Positions 42,384-49,264 of a stretch of DNA of 49,264 nucleotides are shown here, piece after piece (positions within the stretch are counted from its first letter, which is position 1; each line of letters opens with the position of its first letter). The notes beneath the pieces were generated by a model. The model made no database searches, had not been told where the DNA came from, and saw nothing but the letters and a program-made list of their open reading frames with translations. This DNA comes from Trichomonas gallinae (lineage: Eukaryota): the NCBI GenBank assembly GCA_008369845.1, contig MRSU01007705.1, positions 1 through 49,264 of the forward strand, read 5' to 3'. A program made the translations under genes and the position numbers.

Positions 42384-43787
42384 ATCATAGATTTTTGACT
42401 TAAAATGAAACTTATCGATTTTTATAAATACTCACAATAATATATATACTGAAACACAAAAATAGAGCTATCTTTTATAATTAAAATTTGCACACTATTG
42501 GTATGCGAACCACATCTGTATGGAGGCATCTATTGATATGCTTATGAAAGTAAAAAATCTAGAATTGGTGGAATTTCAACTTCAAATGCCACCAGGTTAA
42601 AACAAGAAAAGAAAATTCATTTGAAAACAAACAATATAGTATAATTATATTATAATCCATAAGAGACTACCGACATTTCCACAAGGATAATTTTGATGAT
42701 CTGGAAATGTGGTTTTTGCGACGAATACTATATGATACTACGATAACTATAGTTTATATATATGAATATTATCATCTAATGGGGTACTTCTGGCATTAAA
42801 AAGTGCCGAATTTCTATGAATTTCTATTCAGAAAACAAGGGAAATTCATATCCATATTGATCTAGAGCTATAGATGGAGTTATAGTGTAAATATTTTGTA
42901 TTTTTTGGATAAATTGAAATATATTACAGATATTCTGTCGGTATCTGTGTTAATAAATTAAAAATCTAAAGGGGTTTGAAGTAAAGATGCTTGTTTGCCA
43001 AGATAATAATCTACAAGTTAACTATTTGCAAATTTGTTCTAGGATGATTTTTTTGTGATAAAAATCTGACATATATTAAAAAGGGAGTGTATCCAAAAGT
43101 GACATCAGGAAAATACTTGCTGTAGTCACAAAAACAACATCAGGGTGACTCCTCATGGTGTCTTTGGAACTGTCGCAGCTAGTTTCTGCCGGTCCAGAAC
43201 GAAATCGGAATTTTATTAAACCAGCCGATTTCATTATGGACCGATTTGCAAGCATCTTGTACGCCAAAACACAACAGGCCTGGATATCCAATTTGTCCAA
43301 ACTCAATGGAATTATATTGATAAGTTTGAATATGAAATGCACAAATTTTGAAATGTAATTAAAGACTCGAAAACAACATGAATAATTGAGAGTTTTTTCC
43401 CCTATATAGTTATATTCTATCATATGTGCATCTTATTACTATATGTGTGTCAATCTCTGATTTGCTTCTGGTATCTAGGCAACCATTACTTTTCGGAAAT
43501 GAAAAGTGATAACTTATGTACCCATTAAACAGAAGTTTGCAACATATGCTGAAATATTTGATCTATCTTTTAATAGTATAATATCTTTATATATAAGTAT
43601 CCTATGACATGATATGAAAGCTATATCTTTTCTGCAGTCACACGATGAGATATATTGACTTCAATAACCAATATGCTGGTCAAAGTAAGGATCCGCTTAT
43701 ACTCATTTACTTGACTTCTCACATATGATTTGATTTCTTCAATCATCCAGGAAATTGTTTGCATTGTTAAATGTTCATAATTTTTTA

Positions 43788-45200
43788 ATGTTAAAATCTA
43801 ATGCGATTCAATTGTCAAAAGTTGGCGAAAAATATACAGGAAGAGGCGATTTTAACGAATTAAAGAATTATCTAATACCAATTGCAGATTCAGCTTTAAC
43901 CCAAGACCCACAATTAATTGAACAAATCCAAAGACATCTTCAAAAAGCAAATTCAGTCATAAAAAGAGAACATGCGAACGTATTACAACAAATTGAAGCT
44001 TTAAACGAACTATACAACCATGATATTAATGAAGATTACAATATTCCAGAACGAAACACATTAAATTGGTACGATATCATTATACTACGATATACAATAA
44101 AAGAAATAGAGCATTATAACCCATCTGCAATTAAAAATAGAATCGCTTTACTCGAAACTCAACGAAATTTAATGGAAGGTATGATGGATCTCACGCAATA
44201 TTTGATTGATACACAGAAGAATTTCGCAGTTCGTATGCAAAGAATAGTTCAACCAAGAGATAGATCTCTTTTCCTTTTAGATTATGATGAGAATTGTAGA
44301 GCATCTTTATTAAGAAGATTTGCAAACAAATTATATACAAAAGTTCAAATTTTACCACCACCATTCCGATCTAACACAGCTAATAGGGAATGGCTTAATA
44401 AAATATTAGATAAAATTCAATGTAAACCGGAAACCACATATTTCTCGGAATTACCAGAAGAAATCGACATATTAGACTACTTTTTATCACCAAAATCTCC
44501 TTTTTTGCATGAAGAAGGCTTTGATAATCCGTATGATCGAGAAAATTCACCAGAAGCAGTTAAAGAGTGGATTGATTTAGCAACAATTGTTCTTGCAGAA
44601 TATGTTCAAACAGAAGACCAAGATAGAGCATCATTAATCGCAATAATAGCTTTAAGATATCTTTTTACTCAAACTCATCCACGCTTTTATCCGCCAAGGA
44701 GTCAAGATATAGATCATTTAAACAAAGTAATGCAGAGATTCCGCAATAAAACTCCAAAAGAGCTAAATCTTGTTCTAAAATATATTCCACAGGATCTTCA
44801 AGAAGAACCAACCGAACGATTATTTTCGACAGACGCAAACGCACAGCAAGCAGTTTCTTTCATGAGAGAAGCTGAGCTCCTTCTCACTCCGATCGACTCG
44901 GCCTACTGTGTCGTAAAAGCTCACGAATGTCTAAGTAGGATGTGCGTTGTTAATGAATTCAAGAACAAAGGTAAAGAGACGTGGACGAACGATGAGTTTT
45001 TGGAGAAACTTCCGGGTTTCGATGACATATTCGACATCTGGCGTGCATTTTTATCGAACTGCGATTTAGCAGACCCAAAACAGCTTTTATCCTTTATCCT
45101 GGATTTCTCGAAGCTCCCGGGCTTTACAGCAAGAATACTAGCGTCATTAGCGTATTTTGAAGGCGCGGTTAACCAGCTAGAAGCGGAACCTGATGAATAA
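43788..45200 (+). CDS. protein with C-terminal VPS9-like (Rab5-family GEF) domain
   Basis: LLTPIDSAYCVVKAH...LPGFDDIFDIWRAFL...FILDF...SLAYFEGAV follows the VPS9 pattern (P.DK..C, GADD, LT.LEAA). First ATG 43788, after TCATAA. Confidence 0.6.
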   Translation: MLKSNAIQLSKVGEKYTGRGDFNELKNYLIPIADSALTQDPQLIEQIQRHLQKANSVIKREHANVLQQIEALNELYNHDINEDYNIPERNTLNWYDIIILRYTIKEIEHYNPSAIKNRIALLETQRNLMEGMMDLTQYLIDTQKNFAVRMQRIVQPRDRSLFLLDYDENCRASLLRRFANKLYTKVQILPPPFRSNTANREWLNKILDKIQCKPETTYFSELPEEIDILDYFLSPKSPFLHEEGFDNPYDRENSPEAVKEWIDLATIVLAEYVQTEDQDRASLIAIIALRYLFTQTHPRFYPPRSQDIDHLNKVMQRFRNKTPKELNLVLKYIPQDLQEEPTERLFSTDANAQQAVSFMREAELLLTPIDSAYCVVKAHECLSRMCVVNEFKNKGKETWTNDEFLEKLPGFDDIFDIWRAFLSNCDLADPKQLLSFILDFSKLPGFTARILASLAYFEGAVNQLEAEPDE

Positions 45201-45806
45201 TTATGTTCGATTTTGTTCAAAATTTGTTTTTTGTTTTAAATTGTTATTACTATGCATTATACTAATCATAAATATTACACCCATACCCTCACATTCAAAT
45301 ATAATTATTTTACGACTTTTTTGTCACGGTTTCCATATTATGCCAGTGATATATGGTTTATAGCAGGCCATATATTTCATTGTAGCACCAAATAAAGTCC
45401 AAAGTTTATGGAAATTGGAAGAATAAAATAAGGTTATATTTGAAAGATTGAATATTCAAATAATTGATAGGAATTTTGGAATAACCTTTCATAAGAATTA
45501 AATTGTAAGCTATTGATAAGATATTCATTGAAAACAAATGTTTCATAAAAAGCTGGTTCTTTAATATAAAAATAAATTGATATTTCTAATATACAGATAA
45601 TTATCTATATATATCCAACAAAAAAAGTGGAATCAATTGACATCAGAAAAATTGACAACATAATAGTTTACACAGCCCCTATTTTTAAAGCAAAATCCAT
45701 AAAATGTGTTATAAATAAATGTTTTTGTTTTAAAAATGTAAACTTCATAAAAATCTCCTGTTTTTTTTTTCTGCTCATCAAAAATCTCCTCAAAAAAACA
45801 GAATTA

Positions 45807-48197
45807 ATGCCGTCCTTTTCCGTTTCATCCCTTTTAACATCTTTAATTACATTCTGGCAGAACATTGCTATTGCGCTCAAATTCCCCAGACTGAATGTGC
45901 CGCCGTGGCTCGCTTTTCTCGCGGAAAAGGTCATATTAACGTTTGAAGGTATCAAAAATTTAATTCCAAAGCTACCTGACTTTGATCTACGTGCCAACTT
46001 GGTGTTCATGGGCTTAGGCATCCCATTACTTCTCGATGTTTTAACACTATTTTTCGCGTTACCATTATTCAGAGCAATAACTCACATTCTCGATCTTTCT
46101 GCAGGTTTTGGTGTTACATATGTATCAATTGATATGATTTATAAAAAACAAGTTAACTTCCTCGAAATTATTGGATTAGTAATTTGCCTTATTTGGCTTA
46201 TTGGCCACTGTATTTACCACTTTTTAAAGAAAAAGGAAGAATTTACAGTTAAAGATGCAACACATGAATTATCAAATTTCTATTTCGATGGTATCATCCC
46301 TGGATACACAGAAAACCTCTCTCTTTCCGAAATTAACATGAAGCTTAGCAGCATTATGAGTACAGTTCAAATTGTTCCTAGAGTTGCTTCTTCATTAGAA
46401 ACGATTATGTTATTCGGCTTATCGTTGCTTGTATTCGTCGTTGCATTAGTTACTGTTGGCGCGATTGACATTGATGTCACGATTCCAGCGACTGTTAAAC
46501 TGTTTTTACCATATTTCTTATTCCCAATTGCATCTATTCTTCTTGTTTTACTCGTTCTCAAGTCTACAGCTCCAGGTGCTAAATTCTTGCTTGAAATCAA
46601 GAAATTCATCAAGAGATGGGGTCTCAGATTACTTCTTCTTGCTTTCGAATTGCTCTACATCCCAATCATGAGTGTTCTTTTGTATAGCTTCGTTCCAATC
46701 AAATTCGAATGCAGTGAAAAAGGATATGTTCCAATGAGAATTCCGTCATCAAATCCTTATTATTTATTCATCCAGCACAATCTCACCTGCGTTAATGCTA
46801 GTGTTGGTAATCCACAATACACAAAGAATCCTCTCAGACTGCAAAAAGAATTAGCCCTTGGCTTCCTTGAAGATGTTCTTGCCGTTAACGGTGGTGTTAT
46901 TCTCTTCGTTCTCGGCTTCATTATGATTGGTGTCCCTGTTTTCTGGGGTGTTCTCGTTAACATCAACAGAGATTTCGTTTTCGGAATTAACGTTTTCGGT
47001 CGCACGATTGAAGAGAAATGGATGGTCCTCACAACCAAACTCAACACAACAGGTATTTTCCTTTTCCAGAAGTACACAGTCAAAGCTGCCAAATGGTCAG
47101 TTTGGCTGATTCTTGCCAAGCTCATCATAATGATTTTATCTGCTGCTGGCAATAACTACTACAAGTATGTTGTCATTGCACTCCCAGTCTTCTATATCTG
47201 CATGTGTGTCGGTACATATCTCAAGTGGCCATATTTATTCAGACTCAACAACTGGTTAGATTTCATTCTTTACATCCTGAACACAATTTTCACTTTCTTC
47301 CCAGTTCTCGCATGCTTCAATGTAAGTGTGAACCCAAAGATCGTCACATATATTTCTCTTGGTGTCATCGCCATTCCAATTATTTCGTGCATCTTGTTCC
47401 TCTTCTGCGGATCCAAACCAAATGAAGACGATCCAACAGTTTGGACACAGGACATTCAAGATGAAATTGAAGCACTTGATATCGACCAGACAATGAAACA
47501 GAACCAAGGCGTTGAGTCCGTCATGGAGTCAATGCAGAGTGAAATGCAAGAACCAAACAATATTCCTTATTCAGATTCTTCCTCTTTCAGCGAAGATTCT
47601 GAATCATCAAGCCGTCGTCACAGGAGTAAGCACAGGAGTAATCGTCACAAGAAGGGCAAATCGAAAAATAGAAGATCATCTTACTTCGAAGAAGACGAAG
47701 ATTATTCCACCGAGTACGGTGATGATGATGAAGACGAGGATGTTCCAGAGAACGAAGACATGAGAGCCCTCCAGGAGCAGTACGCTACATTCAGGATCGA
47801 CGATCATCAGAAAGCCATCCAGCAGATGGAGAAGGTCGAGATCAAAGAAGGCGCTCTGAATACGATCTACGATATGAGGGATGGAAGAGCTGAAAAATCG
47901 TTCAAGGTTTACAAGGCAATTCTCGCTGTTAGATTCAAGAACTACTACGAAATGCTTGATCTTATTATCGACGCTCAGACAATCGACTACATCATTAGAT
48001 TCCTCAACATTTGCTCTATTTTCGCGGCGGCTGCTATCGGATGGTACATCTCTGCCCTCCTCAGCTCCACACTCGATAAGCAGAACAAAGACGTTCCACT
48101 TCCAAACACATCATGCGTTTGGAGCTCTTACAACCAGACAAGTGGCACAAGCTTCAACATGTCAGAATGCATAACAATCTTTGACTTGTCGAAATAA
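45807..48197 (+). CDS. multipass membrane protein with TRP/PKD2-C-like region and charged cytosolic loop
   Basis: More than 12 hydrophobic segments; GIFLFQKY....W.VWLILAKL and WPYLFRLNNWLD resemble the GFLY..Y...YW...RK / RPY....N.LE motif; Ser/basic/acidic tract near the C-terminus. First ATG at 45807 (track start is GTG). Confidence 0.75.
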   Translation: MPSFSVSSLLTSLITFWQNIAIALKFPRLNVPPWLAFLAEKVILTFEGIKNLIPKLPDFDLRANLVFMGLGIPLLLDVLTLFFALPLFRAITHILDLSAGFGVTYVSIDMIYKKQVNFLEIIGLVICLIWLIGHCIYHFLKKKEEFTVKDATHELSNFYFDGIIPGYTENLSLSEINMKLSSIMSTVQIVPRVASSLETIMLFGLSLLVFVVALVTVGAIDIDVTIPATVKLFLPYFLFPIASILLVLLVLKSTAPGAKFLLEIKKFIKRWGLRLLLLAFELLYIPIMSVLLYSFVPIKFECSEKGYVPMRIPSSNPYYLFIQHNLTCVNASVGNPQYTKNPLRLQKELALGFLEDVLAVNGGVILFVLGFIMIGVPVFWGVLVNINRDFVFGINVFGRTIEEKWMVLTTKLNTTGIFLFQKYTVKAAKWSVWLILAKLIIMILSAAGNNYYKYVVIALPVFYICMCVGTYLKWPYLFRLNNWLDFILYILNTIFTFFPVLACFNVSVNPKIVTYISLGVIAIPIISCILFLFCGSKPNEDDPTVWTQDIQDEIEALDIDQTMKQNQGVESVMESMQSEMQEPNNIPYSDSSSFSEDSESSSRRHRSKHRSNRHKKGKSKNRRSSYFEEDEDYSTEYGDDDEDEDVPENEDMRALQEQYATFRIDDHQKAIQQMEKVEIKEGALNTIYDMRDGRAEKSFKVYKAILAVRFKNYYEMLDLIIDAQTIDYIIRFLNICSIFAAAAIGWYISALLSSTLDKQNKDVPLPNTSCVWSSYNQTSGTSFNMSECITIFDLSK

Positions 48198-48604
48198 CTT
48201 TAATCTATCTTTTCTTGTTTTGTATATAAATTTATTTTATGTATTTTCATCCTTTTTAAATTTTATAATTTTTGAAAAATTTATTTTTATAGTTCTTAAT
48301 TAATATCTGTAATGTAGAAAAATATGCAAAATGAAATGCTAATCCAGATTTATGAATAATTAAAAAATTATCCAAGAAATTAAATAATTCCAGGAATAGA
48401 GCAAACAATTCGTTGGAAACGAGGCATATATCAGTTAATCCTATTATAATATACATTTATAACTTCTCTATCGAATCTTTTGTTTCATCATGAACTTCGA
48501 GCTGATCAAATGCATAATACGTCATCAGTGGATTGCCTAATGCATCATAGAGCAATAACAAAGAAAATGCTCATAGATAATTAAATATAAAATATCGATC
48601 TATA

Positions 48605-48930
48605 ACAAATTTCGATACTGAATAGCAAAATTGTGGACTGGATTACAAGTGCAATGAATATCTATGCCAAGTCGGCCCATAATTTTGTTTTTCAGGGCTT
48701 TTAGTATGAAAATTTCGATGTTTTCGAAATTCTGTTCTCAAAAGTAAAATTATGGACTAGCTTGCAAGTTCAGCAAAGCACCATGCTAACTCAGTCTATG
48801 ATTTTGCTTTGTAGAGTATTTAAATATGAGAATTTCAATGATTGGCACTGGATGGCTCGACTATGGACTAACTTGCTAGTGTAACGAAGCTGTGTGTCAA
48901 GCGAGTTCATGATTTTGCTTTTCGGAGTAA
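48605..48930. repeat. three degenerate ~110-120-bp direct repeats
   Basis: T(G/A)TGGACT..TT.C.AGT at ~48632, 48751 and 48862, each followed by AT.ATTTTG.TTT. Confidence 0.75.
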
Positions 48931-49177
48931 ATAAAAGAAGTTTTCCAAGCACCACCTTTTATAAAGTGCTATTTTACGTGTCAAAAAAATGCATTATCTG
49001 ACATGTAAAACCATCACTTTTCAAGTCAGAAATGAAGTCAAATCCTTTGACATACATTAGGCATATTGGCAAAATTGAAGTGATGTTGTATTAACACCAA
49101 TCAAAGGGTTGATCGGAAAACTTTCGTGTGGAGTAGAATTGTAATTGGTTTTCCATTGATTGATCAATTTTCTTGAT

Positions 49178-49264
49178 TTAATATGCATCTTCATCATTAA
49201 TATCAATTGATCTTTGCATTTCTTGGAACTCATCAGGATGCTGATTTGCTGTAATGATGTTGCT
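49178..49264 (-). CDS. possible 3' end of a gene running in from beyond the window
   Basis: Open frame SNIITANQHPDEFQEMQRSIDINDEDAY* ending in TAAA; only 28 codons visible. Confidence 0.3.
   Translation of the reverse strand, partial: SNIITANQHPDEFQEMQRSIDINDEDAY

Noticed and set aside
43076..43423. Two overlapping short ORFs in a slightly GC-richer patch.
   Set aside because: No recognisable motif in the frames examined; cannot be supported as a gene.
2854..45200. Concentration of trafficking genes (cornichon, Vps8, COMMD2, TRAPPC9, VPS9-like) as a functional cluster.
   Set aside because: They are dispersed among unrelated genes, and trafficking families are abundant in this lineage.

Overview
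Eukaryotic, AT-rich, gene-dense and apparently intron-free DNA typical of a parabasalid (Trichomonas-like). Support: TCA(C/T)TT-type initiator elements just upstream of ATGs, repeated AAAGTGAC promoter motifs, TAA stops extending into the TAAA poly(A) signal, ankyrin gene relics, and a glycine-cleavage H protein with a hydrogenosome-style presequence. About 20 intact genes are present: CENP-S/MHF1, cornichon-like, ARM/HEAT proteins, membrane-anchored S1/P1 nuclease, SRAP/HMCES-like, GCV-H, Vps8-like, CEP164-like, COMMD2, prolidase, TAF5-like, TRAPPC9-like, an SDR-like/GT2 fusion, an ABCB half-transporter, GT61, a VPS9-like protein and a multipass membrane protein. The most notable observations are an intact SRAP/HMCES homologue that has lost its catalytic N-terminal Cys and other active-site residues, a 225-bp MITE with TIRs and a 9-bp target duplication, a repeated ~74-bp palindromic element, a hairpin-rich intergenic island, two recurring non-canonical intergenic motifs, and a GT-ABC-GT gene trio. 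All family assignments come from motif recognition by eye; no database searches were run.
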